DNA of 32,000 nt from assembly GCF_037902255.1 (NCBI RefSeq), contig NZ_CP147990.1:510001-542000 (forward strand), written 5' to 3'. This DNA is from Candidatus Electrothrix sp. GW3-4 (GTDB lineage: Bacteria > Desulfobacterota > Desulfobulbia > Desulfobulbales > Desulfobulbaceae). The notes under the pieces were generated by a model, which saw nothing but the letters and a program-made list of their open reading frames with translations, had not been told where the DNA came from and ran no database searches. Positions 23,884 through 30,916 of the stretch are shown in pieces. Each line of letters begins with the position of its first letter. Position 1 is the first letter of the stretch. The translations under genes were made by a program, and so were the position numbers.

Positions 23884-23961
23884 GATGTCCTCCAGCGGAG
23901 AATGGGATTAAGTGAGTCTGCGATAAGAATGCATTTTGTTAGGCAGTTTCCCTATTGTACC

Positions 23962-26643
23962 TCACCTGTAGCGCTGCTGCACCCGTTTATCTATCTTTTC
24001 GCTTAGTCCTTTGCTGTACCGTAATCCCTGGAGCAAGGTATTGAGGTTCTGTTCGATAGTAATGTTGAAATGGACCGGACGGCTACTGTCCAGTTCCGGG
24101 CTGATCCCCTGAAGACTGACCGCCAGATCAAGCTGTCCCGAGGGAGCATATTGGGCTGTACTCTGCAAGGAGGTATAGCGAAAATCCCTGACCGCCTTGA
24201 GGGCATATTCAGAGAGTCCGGTAAGATGCGCGTCCGGGGCTGCATAGCTGATTTCTCCACCTGGTGGCTCGTTATACAGTTCCCCCTTCTCCACAGAAAC
24301 CTTCTTATCATCGATAGTGACCGGGATCTTGCCGCTGATCTTGCCGGTGGCGTGCATATCTTTTACCTTCATCAGCTCGACTATAGTGGCCAGATCCACG
24401 CTGCTGACGTTCACGGTAAAGTTACTTTGCTGAGTGTTCAGATCATAGCGTATTTCTGGACTGCTCACCGTGCCCTGGAGGAGTCCTGCTTCCAGATTCC
24501 TGAGTTGCACTACAGGCTGTTTACCTGTCTGTGTTGACAAAAGAGCGGTTTTGGCGCTCAGTTTATGAACATCAAGGCCACCGATGACTCGTTCGACAGA
24601 TATCTTCCCTTCCCTCTGTGAGCCTAATTCAGGGAGAAGCATAAGATCCTGCTGGGTATTGAGGTTTTCAAAGAGAACTTTCTGAAAATACCCACTTCCC
24701 TCCTTAACATTTGCAAGCAGGGTGAGTTGGAAGGGATGGCTTTTTTGCCATTCGCCTCGGGTCTCCAGATGGACTGAGCCCTTGTCCAGATCAAAGGGAA
24801 ATTGCCATGTGTTGAGCAGGCCCGCCAGGGTGATATCTTCCTTATCCAAATCCAGTGCATTGTCTGTGCGCAGGGTAAAGAAACCCTCTGCGCGCGTCAG
24901 GTTGTGTTCCACCTCTGCCTGTATCTTGCCGGGGATACGTTCTGGATTGGCTTGCAGCTTGCTACTGATGATATGCTTTTGGAGGCGAAAATTTCCGCCA
25001 ACATTTTTCAGAGGGATCTCAGCTTGTGGGGTGGTGATGGTCAGGCTCGGGCTACTGAGGGTGGTGATGATCTCTGGTCCGGCATTGGTGCTGCGGAGGG
25101 CTGAAAAAGCACATTGCAGAGGACCGGTTTTGATATCCACAGAGCCAACCTTGATGGCAAGCGGTGCTACGTGCAGGGTGTTCTTTGCAAAGGACCATGT
25201 TGTCTTATTGCAATCAAAACGCAGTCGCTCCGGCGATTGGAGGAGGATCTCCTGGATAAGGGTGGAACCGGCCTTCAGGGACTTGATGTGGATCTTCTGT
25301 TTGTTTGCAAAGTCGAGCAGGAGCTGATCGCCCTTGCGCGAGAAGTCCCCGGCCAGATCAAGGCTGCACTCCTCAATGGTGATTCCCCCTAGGGTCAATT
25401 TACTGCCGTGAAAGGTCGAATCCCGATCAAAATGCACGTCATTGCCATTTAGCTTACCTGTGATGGAGATCTGGGCGGAAGAGGCGGTAAGGGAGGGCAG
25501 GGCGAACGACGAGGCTGCGATTATTGCCTTGAATCCATTGTCCTGATTCCCTGGCAGAGGGGCGTCCACTGTGCCGGAGAATTTGCCGTTGATAGCAGGA
25601 AGGGCCTGCGGCAGATAGGGGGCAAGGAAGCTGCGGAGTTGGTCACAGTGCAAGGAGTAGCTGCCCTTGATGCGCTGATCCTGCATGGTGAGGTCGGTCT
25701 TGAGGAACTCCTGCCTGCCTTTCTTCCCGAAGAGCAGCAGGCTGGCTTGCCGGGTATCAGGGGTGCCGCTGGCCTCCAGGTGGATCTGATGGTTGTTGCT
25801 GTCGCTTACAGTCAGGTTTGCCTGGAGTGCAGCATCAGGTGTGAGAGGGAGCGGTAAGGAGAAGGAACCGTCCAGGGTGCCTTCCGGTACAGGGATATTC
25901 CTCTCTGCTGTCAAGGGACGAAGAAAGAGTTCGTTAATAGGCTGGAGCAGCAGGTTAATGTTGCCAGCTAATCTATCCGGTTGGAGGTTGACTTTGGTCC
26001 GCAGTATTTCATCCTCGCCTTGTTTCCCGACGAGCTCAGCTGTGCCATGATGGGCATCTGGGCTGTGGAAATCCAGAAAGAGCTCTGTTTGTTGATCAGC
26101 CTGGAAGGTGGCTTGGGCCTGCAATGCTGTGCCGTTGGCCGAGGCAGTCAGGCGGATGTTTCCCTCTTTGATTTGCGCCGGGAAATTATCCCGGAGAACA
26201 ACCTTTTCCAGGATAATTTTTTCAATGGGCAAACGGACGCGGATGCTGTCCTCCAGCAGGGTGATCTTTTCGGGAAGCTGGAGGGCAGGGGAGGTCGTGC
26301 TCTTGCTCTCGCCCTTCTGGCTCAGTGCCACTTCCTCTATGGTCAGCAGATCGCATTTTCTGTTGTGCAGCAGCCGTTGCAGGTCGTATTGCAGGCTGAT
26401 TTGTTGTGTCTGGATATGGAGCGTGGTGCCCTTTTTCAGGGGAAAGGTTGCGTTGAGAAAATCAAAGCGGACTTGATCGGTTCCGAGAGCCGCAAGATGG
26501 ACAGAGGTCGCTGTGGCCCCGGCCCGCTGGAGAGCAGCTGTGATAAGCTGGTCAGCAAAGAAGTAGCGGATCACTACCAGAGCGCAGGCGGTAAGGAGGA
26601 CTGTCAGGAGCGCGAGTTTCAGGATGCGTTTGAGGATACGCAT
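23962..26643 (-). CDS. ydbH: YdbH-like AsmA-family envelope protein (893 aa)
   Basis: I start at the internal Met (MRILKRILKLALLTVLLTACALVV, an N-terminal TM anchor). The body is long and predicted to be beta-rich. The conserved YdbH C-terminus is present (GEISYAAPD...AL..FRY..L......Y.P.G.L.L...L.G..P......RPV.FN). The track's 99-aa N-terminal extension overlaps the divergent gene and is rejected. Confidence 0.85.
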   Translation of the reverse strand: MRILKRILKLALLTVLLTACALVVIRYFFADQLITAALQRAGATATSVHLAALGTDQVRFDFLNATFPLKKGTTLHIQTQQISLQYDLQRLLHNRKCDLLTIEEVALSQKGESKSTTSPALQLPEKITLLEDSIRVRLPIEKIILEKVVLRDNFPAQIKEGNIRLTASANGTALQAQATFQADQQTELFLDFHSPDAHHGTAELVGKQGEDEILRTKVNLQPDRLAGNINLLLQPINELFLRPLTAERNIPVPEGTLDGSFSLPLPLTPDAALQANLTVSDSNNHQIHLEASGTPDTRQASLLLFGKKGRQEFLKTDLTMQDQRIKGSYSLHCDQLRSFLAPYLPQALPAINGKFSGTVDAPLPGNQDNGFKAIIAASSFALPSLTASSAQISITGKLNGNDVHFDRDSTFHGSKLTLGGITIEECSLDLAGDFSRKGDQLLLDFANKQKIHIKSLKAGSTLIQEILLQSPERLRFDCNKTTWSFAKNTLHVAPLAIKVGSVDIKTGPLQCAFSALRSTNAGPEIITTLSSPSLTITTPQAEIPLKNVGGNFRLQKHIISSKLQANPERIPGKIQAEVEHNLTRAEGFFTLRTDNALDLDKEDITLAGLLNTWQFPFDLDKGSVHLETRGEWQKSHPFQLTLLANVKEGSGYFQKVLFENLNTQQDLMLLPELGSQREGKISVERVIGGLDVHKLSAKTALLSTQTGKQPVVQLRNLEAGLLQGTVSSPEIRYDLNTQQSNFTVNVSSVDLATIVELMKVKDMHATGKISGKIPVTIDDKKVSVEKGELYNEPPGGEISYAAPDAHLTGLSEYALKAVRDFRYTSLQSTAQYAPSGQLDLAVSLQGISPELDSSRPVHFNITIEQNLNTLLQGLRYSKGLSEKIDKRVQQRYR

Positions 26644-26939
26644 GGTTTTTTCGGGTTGTAGGTTACCGCCCAGAGGACGGAAGGGAAGATTGCTGTCCAG
26701 AGAGTCGTGTGGTACCAGAATGTAACCGACTACCTTATTGTAAAAGCATGGTATAGAAAGAAAGTCAATAGAAGAACGTGTGGCTTGACAGGATGATACC
26801 TGCCTGGGCAGGGCTGCTACGGGGGGAATGATTTTTTTGTTTACTCGTTTCCTGTTCCATGCTACTTGTTGTATTCCTTTGATAAGAAGGGAATATGGGC
26901 GGGATTTTACAGGGGAACTATGAACACACGAGGTATACA

Positions 26940-27350
26940 ATGAAAGGTATTATGAGAAGGGTAGCAGTAATGGCTATGTTGCTTTTGTTGCTGACAACGA
27001 ATCTCATCGCGGAAGAGAGCAAGGGAGAAAATGTTATGCCGGATATTGTCGGAAAAACGTATCTGTTTGATTATGGCGAGTATGCGTATGACATCACAAT
27101 AACATCGGATAAATCGCTGCATTGGAAGTTGGTTAAAGGAAGCTTTGAAGGGCCGAGCACAGGAGATAATCCGTATCTGTCCAGTAAAATAGCTGACAAT
27201 GTTCTCTTCATCTCCTGGAAGGAAGAAAGCGGGTATCAGTTTTATAATGTGATGGATTTGAATACCGGGAAGTTGACAACCCATGCTAATGCGGATGGGA
27301 TGTCTATTAATATGGGGAAGGTTTCGTTGTTAGGACAAAAGAATGATTGA
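26940..27350 (+). CDS. Secreted small protein with a possible lipocalin/calycin-like (PadC/MoaF-like) fold
   Basis: GAGG RBS 7 nt upstream of the ATG at 26940. Signal peptide MKGIMRRVAVMAMLLLLLTTNLIA. GKTYLFDYGEYAYDITI.SDKSLHWKLV.G....P...Y.S.KIADNVLFISW.E.SGY resembles the strand pattern of PadC/MoaF-type beta-barrels. The fold call is by recollection only. Confidence 0.6.
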   Translation: MKGIMRRVAVMAMLLLLLTTNLIAEESKGENVMPDIVGKTYLFDYGEYAYDITITSDKSLHWKLVKGSFEGPSTGDNPYLSSKIADNVLFISWKEESGYQFYNVMDLNTGKLTTHANADGMSINMGKVSLLGQKND

Positions 27351-28038
27351 AAATTATACAAAAGAAGTTCTAAACGCAAGAAAGTTTTCAAAACAAAAAA
27401 TTGAGACAGAATATCCTGAAGTTCCTGAAATATTAAGATTTATAGATAACTATTTTGCATCATTGATAAACCGTTTTGAAAATGTTAGTGGAATGGGAGA
27501 AATCAATAATTACAAATTTGCATTGATTGTATCTTTTATAAGAACTCAATTGATTATTAGTGAACATATACTAAATAGTGAATTAATTGAGGTCACAGTT
27601 TTAGAAAGAAAACAAATAGAATTAGTTGCGAGATTATCCGAAATTGATAAAAAAACAAGTAATAAAGAAGGGATCCAAAGATTAAAAGGAAAAACACCAA
27701 ATATTGGTAACGGAAACGTAAGCGATAATTTAAAAAGTATGTACGGAATGTTCTCTGAAATAGCACATTCATCAAAAACAGAACCATTTGCATTATTAGC
27801 AGAAAAACCAAATATTGACACAATTGGATTTAGTGTTTTACCCGAATATGATTCAAAAAATACTATTGTCGCTTTAAATAATCACATCCAAATATTTTTT
27901 GATTTTGTAATTTATATGTTTGCTTTTCAAAATGAACTTATGGAAGATTATAATGATAACCATGATATGGAATTAATAAATAATCTATTAGAATCAGGTA
28001 AACATTCTGGACTTACAGTATTTGACAGATTTAAATAA
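27343..28038 (+). CDS. AT-rich orphan protein, 231 aa, unknown function (predicted helical; possibly Abi/HEPN-like)
   Basis: A long ORF in a region that is strikingly more AT-rich than everything around it. Its start overlaps the upstream stop (ATGATTGA). I recognise no family. Y.MFSEIAHSS and helical R/E-rich segments are only faintly reminiscent of AbiV/DUF5677-type proteins. Confidence 0.6.
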   Translation: MIENYTKEVLNARKFSKQKIETEYPEVPEILRFIDNYFASLINRFENVSGMGEINNYKFALIVSFIRTQLIISEHILNSELIEVTVLERKQIELVARLSEIDKKTSNKEGIQRLKGKTPNIGNGNVSDNLKSMYGMFSEIAHSSKTEPFALLAEKPNIDTIGFSVLPEYDSKNTIVALNNHIQIFFDFVIYMFAFQNELMEDYNDNHDMELINNLLESGKHSGLTVFDRFK

Positions 28039-28437
28039 CGAGTAATGCCAGCACATAACATCTTGTATAAGTAATGGCAGGCGATGTGGTAAATATTAAG
28101 GTTTGTAACCCGCTTATACGGCATAGCGGCTTGATAGGAAAGTACCACGAAGTCTGTGCCACTACTCATACAATTTACCGTTACATACGTCTCAATACTA
28201 CCCTTCGGTATCACACCCCGAAATCAGACCGCGCAACGATGCGGGTTATCGCTCGGGTTGAAGATGCGAATCCCATAGAGTTTTCTACGAGCGAAAAGAA
28301 ACATAACTGTTCTTTTTCTCTTGCAATTACCCGAAACAGGAGCTAATCCTTTAATTCTGTTCAAGGAACGACACTCATCGCTCCTTTTGCAGAAGCAAAA
28401 CCCCGGAGGCGACCAGCAACGGTCTTTTCGCCGGTTC

Positions 28438-28584
28438 AATCAAAACGATTCACACTTAAATCAGAGCAATTTAAATGTGAATCAACACGATGGACACTTC
28501 AATCAGGACGATTTAAATTTAAATCGGGTCAATTTAAACTTCAATCAAGGCGATTTAAGTGTACATCAGGATGATTTAAACGTG
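28438..28584 (+). repeat. Array R: seven contiguous 21-bp direct repeats (consensus AATCA-NNN-CGATTT-AAAYN-TN)
   Basis: The units are AATCAAAACGATTCACACTTA, AATCAGAGCAATTTAAATGTG, AATCAACACGATGGACACTTC, AATCAGGACGATTTAAATTTA, AATCGGGTCAATTTAAACTTC, AATCAAGGCGATTTAAGTGTA and CATCAGGATGATTTAAACGTG. They are exactly head-to-tail with no spacers. Confidence 0.9.
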
Positions 28585-28650
28585 TTACTCTGTAGAGAAA
28601 GAAAGGATATATCAGTATATTGCACGATACAGTGCATGTAGGCAGGATTG

Positions 28651-28860
28651 ATGAGTGTAATGACTGACACTGAAATACGGATGAAGGGGATGCAGGTACT
28701 TGTCAATGCTCTGGGAGAAGTCCATGCTGAAAAATTTATTACGCTGATTTTACGCGAGCCGTTCAATTATACCGAATGGCAGCGGGATCTGTGGAACGAT
28801 AAATCAGTTGAGGAAATCAGCAGAATGGCGATGCAGCATCGCTTGAAGCAAGGCGATTGA
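28651..28860 (+). CDS. Small (69 aa) predicted helical protein of unknown function, lying between the two repeat arrays
   Basis: ATG at 28651, with AGG 4-5 nt upstream. MSVMTDTEIRMKGMQVLVNALGEVHAEKFITLILREPFNYTEWQRDLW...SVEEISRMAMQHR. I recall similar small proteins in toxin-antitoxin-like contexts but cannot name a family. Confidence 0.6.
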   Translation: MSVMTDTEIRMKGMQVLVNALGEVHAEKFITLILREPFNYTEWQRDLWNDKSVEEISRMAMQHRLKQGD

Positions 28861-28877
28861 GGCTTGTTTACCGCTTA

Positions 28878-29045
28878 CATTGATCCAAAGCCAACCGGAA
28901 TCAATACAAAGTCAATTTGAATCACTCCATTTCAAACCGGAATCAAGGCAAAGTCAATTGGAATTGGATCAAAGTAAATTGGAATCAGAGCAATTCTAAT
29001 TTGAATTATCTCAATTCCAGTGTGCATCAGGCCGATTCCGGCGTG
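28878..29045 (+). repeat. Array S: seven contiguous 21-bp direct repeats (28899-29045), paralogous to array R, plus a degenerate unit at 28878-28898
   Basis: The units are AATCAATACAAAGTCAATTTG, AATCACTCCATTTCAAACCGG, AATCAAGGCAAAGTCAATTGG, AATTGGATCAAAGTAAATTGG, AATCAGAGCAATTCTAATTTG, AATTATCTCAATTCCAGTGTG and CATCAGGCCGATTCCGGCGTG. Phase, orientation and the terminal GTGTR-CATCAGG unit match array R. Confidence 0.85.
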
Positions 29046-29140
29046 ATTGGTATCGGAGAGAACAACCAAGCAGGCTCGCTTGAGTGCAACAAAAGCGGAC
29101 AACATATCCTGTCAACCCAACCTCTTTTAACGCTATTCCG

Positions 29141-30439
29141 ATGCTATCAGAAATAGAAATACAAGACTTCAAAAGCTATAAAAAGGCAGCGCTTGCGCTG
29201 TCCCCACTTTCTATTTTGATCGGGGCAAATGCCTCTGGAAAGAGTAACGCGATTGAGGCATTGAGAATCCTGAACTGGATTGCCCAGGGACAAAAACTGA
29301 ATGCTATTAAATATGGTGTCAGTGATTCTGAAGATATTGTTCGAGGCCGTTTGTCCGATTTAGGCCGAGACGGGAACAGCCTGTTTACCTTCCTTTGCCG
29401 AGTAGCCACAACGGAATGGAATTCTCTGCTTATCGAACTCGAATGTCGTGAGAATGAACTGCATATCTCTCAAGAGTACGTTTCCTCTCCAAGCAGCAGC
29501 TTTCCGCTCTATCGTATCAAAGAAGCCAGCAAAGGAGACAGAACAGACGTTGTTGTTGAGTATAATAATTTTGCAAGAGGAGGAAGGAAGCCTGTTATTA
29601 CCTGCATTGATCAAATGGCTGTCTTTGCCCAGTTGGAAACACCTGCCCGTTTTGGCAGCTCGCATAAAAAGGCGCAGGCTGAAATTCCCAAAACGGTTGC
29701 CTTGTATCAAAAACTTCTTTCAAACATTCTCTTCCTTGATCCTGTCCCCTCTCTTATGCGTGAAGACGCGAATCGCCATGAGAAAAAATTGCGTGGAGAT
29801 GGAAAAAATCTTTCAGGTGTCCTTTATACCTTATGCCAAAACAAGGAGCAGAAATTCATCGTTTTGGACCTCATCCGTTCTCTTCCTGAACAGGATATAA
29901 CAGATATAACCTTCCTTGAGGGACGGCGAGGTGATGTCATGGTCGCATTGGTCGAGAGTTTCGGTGGCAAAACAAAATCATGGGATGCGACTCTGCTTTC
30001 TGACGGAACCCTCCGAGTCCTTGCCATTGCTGCCGCGTTACTTTCCGCCCCGGAGGGCTCTCTTGTTGTTGTGGAAGAAGTTGATAATGGAATCCATCCC
30101 AGTCGGGCAAGGCAACTCTTACAAGCAATGCGTGGGCTGGCTGAAAAAAGACAACTGCGTTTGCTGCTGACAACCCATAACCCGGCTCTTATGGACGCCT
30201 TACCTGATGAGGCAATAGGAGACGTTGTTTTTTGTTACCGTAACCCGGAAAATGGGTATAGTGAGCTGAAAAAATTGTCTGCTCTGGTCGATTATCCCTC
30301 TCTTATCGCACAGGGATCTTTAGGTCATCTTGTCACCAATGGGGTCGTTGAGAGATATGCCAAAAGTGATTGTACTCCTGAACAAAAAAAGGAAAAGGCG
30401 TTGGCCTGGCTTGCAGAACTTGATCAGGAGGAAGAATGA
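29141..30439 (+). CDS. ABC/SMC-like AAA_21/AAA_15-type ATPase (432 aa)
   Basis: The N-terminus MLSEIEIQDFKSYKK is typical of this family. Walker A is GANASGKSN, the signature-like motif is LSDGTLRVLAIAAALL, Walker B is LVVVEEVDNGIHPS, and the H-loop is LLLTTHNP. I start at the ATG at 29141; the track's GTG at 29084 adds 19 unlikely residues. Confidence 0.85.
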   Translation: MLSEIEIQDFKSYKKAALALSPLSILIGANASGKSNAIEALRILNWIAQGQKLNAIKYGVSDSEDIVRGRLSDLGRDGNSLFTFLCRVATTEWNSLLIELECRENELHISQEYVSSPSSSFPLYRIKEASKGDRTDVVVEYNNFARGGRKPVITCIDQMAVFAQLETPARFGSSHKKAQAEIPKTVALYQKLLSNILFLDPVPSLMREDANRHEKKLRGDGKNLSGVLYTLCQNKEQKFIVLDLIRSLPEQDITDITFLEGRRGDVMVALVESFGGKTKSWDATLLSDGTLRVLAIAAALLSAPEGSLVVVEEVDNGIHPSRARQLLQAMRGLAEKRQLRLLLTTHNPALMDALPDEAIGDVVFCYRNPENGYSELKKLSALVDYPSLIAQGSLGHLVTNGVVERYAKSDCTPEQKKEKALAWLAELDQEEE

Positions 30440-30890
30440 GTATCTGCATAATAGACACCTCTATTTTTTGCAACATTCTGAAAGCACCTGGGAAAGTCAG
30501 GATTATTCATCTATTATGGACTTGATGAAAGAAAAGATTCAAGGCGGTGAGTCATTGCTTTTTCCTATGACCGCTATTATAGAAACAGGGAATCACATTG
30601 CGCAAAATGGTGACGGAAGCCAGAAACGCTCCTGTGCTGAAAGATTTATAAAGCAGTTACAGGGGGCTATTGCAGGCGAGGCTCCCTGGACACCGATGAA
30701 GCCGTTTGCAATTGAAGAGTTCTTACGTTGGCTGGGTGAATTTCCAGATTACGCGATGAGAGACATTGGGTTCGGCGACCTCTCTATCATCAAAGATTGG
30801 GAAGAACTACGAAGAATTCACTCTGGACAGCGAGTATACATCTGGACGCTTGATAATGATTTGAAGGGGTATGATTATCACCCCGGTTAA
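30436..30890 (+). pseudogene. PIN-like domain protein interrupted by a 1-nt frameshift (or a sequencing error)
   Basis: The ATG at 30436 overlaps the ATPase stop (ATGA). Frame 1 reads MSICIIDTSIFCNILKAPGK and then stops at 30523-30525. The frame shifted by -1 continues from 30495 as SQDYSSIMDLMKEK...AIIETGNHIAQ...VYIWTLDNDL to the stop at 30890. The acidic residues D7, E (IIETG) and D.D (TLDNDL) are placed as in PIN nucleases. Confidence 0.65.
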
Positions 30891-30916
30891 TCGTAAATAA
30901 AGAAACCGAAAAAGTT

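Noticed and set aside
24722-26661. Several 100-226-aa + strand ORFs inside ydbH (24722-25327, 25981-26661 and others)
   Set aside because: They are antisense to a long ORF with clear YdbH N- and C-terminal signatures. The translations are Arg/Leu/Gly-rich with no motifs.
26644-26940. 99-aa N-terminal extension of the ydbH ORF (track start at 26940)
   Set aside because: The extension precedes the obvious membrane-anchor start MRILKRILKLALL. It has no YdbH-like sequence and would overlap the start of the divergent gene.
28074-28346. 90-aa ORF in the non-coding gap (MAGDVVNIKVCNPLIRHSG...)
   Set aside because: No RBS, odd composition (Cys/His/Arg/Thr-rich), and no recognisable motif. It is more likely non-coding sequence.
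28039-28437. Search for a tRNA, tmRNA or att site that would explain island insertion
   Set aside because: I found no GTTCRANNC T-loop with a matching acceptor stem, and no repeat of the boundary sequence at the other end of the patch. A by-eye search is weak, so this needs tRNAscan and a dot-plot.
28438-29045. CRISPR interpretation of the repeat arrays
   Set aside because: The units are contiguous, so there are no unique spacers. They are only 21 bp long and degenerate. No cas genes are present.
28321-29156. Heptad-repeat proteins read through the arrays: ORF 28321-28641 (..NQxDLNx.. repeats) and ORF 28917-29156
   Set aside because: Both need TTG starts without an RBS. The most variable positions form a whole triplet plus the unit ends rather than third codon positions. 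The L/V spacing is not a coiled-coil a/d pattern. The openness is explained by the unit simply lacking stops in that phase. This cannot be fully excluded without conservation data.
30490-30496. Programmed -1 ribosomal frameshift at GGGAAAG
   Set aside because: The heptamer is out of phase. The incoming frame reads GGG AAA, so both tRNAs would mispair at the first codon position after slippage. I saw no obvious downstream stimulatory structure. A 1-nt indel is more parsimonious, and the case is kept as a finding.
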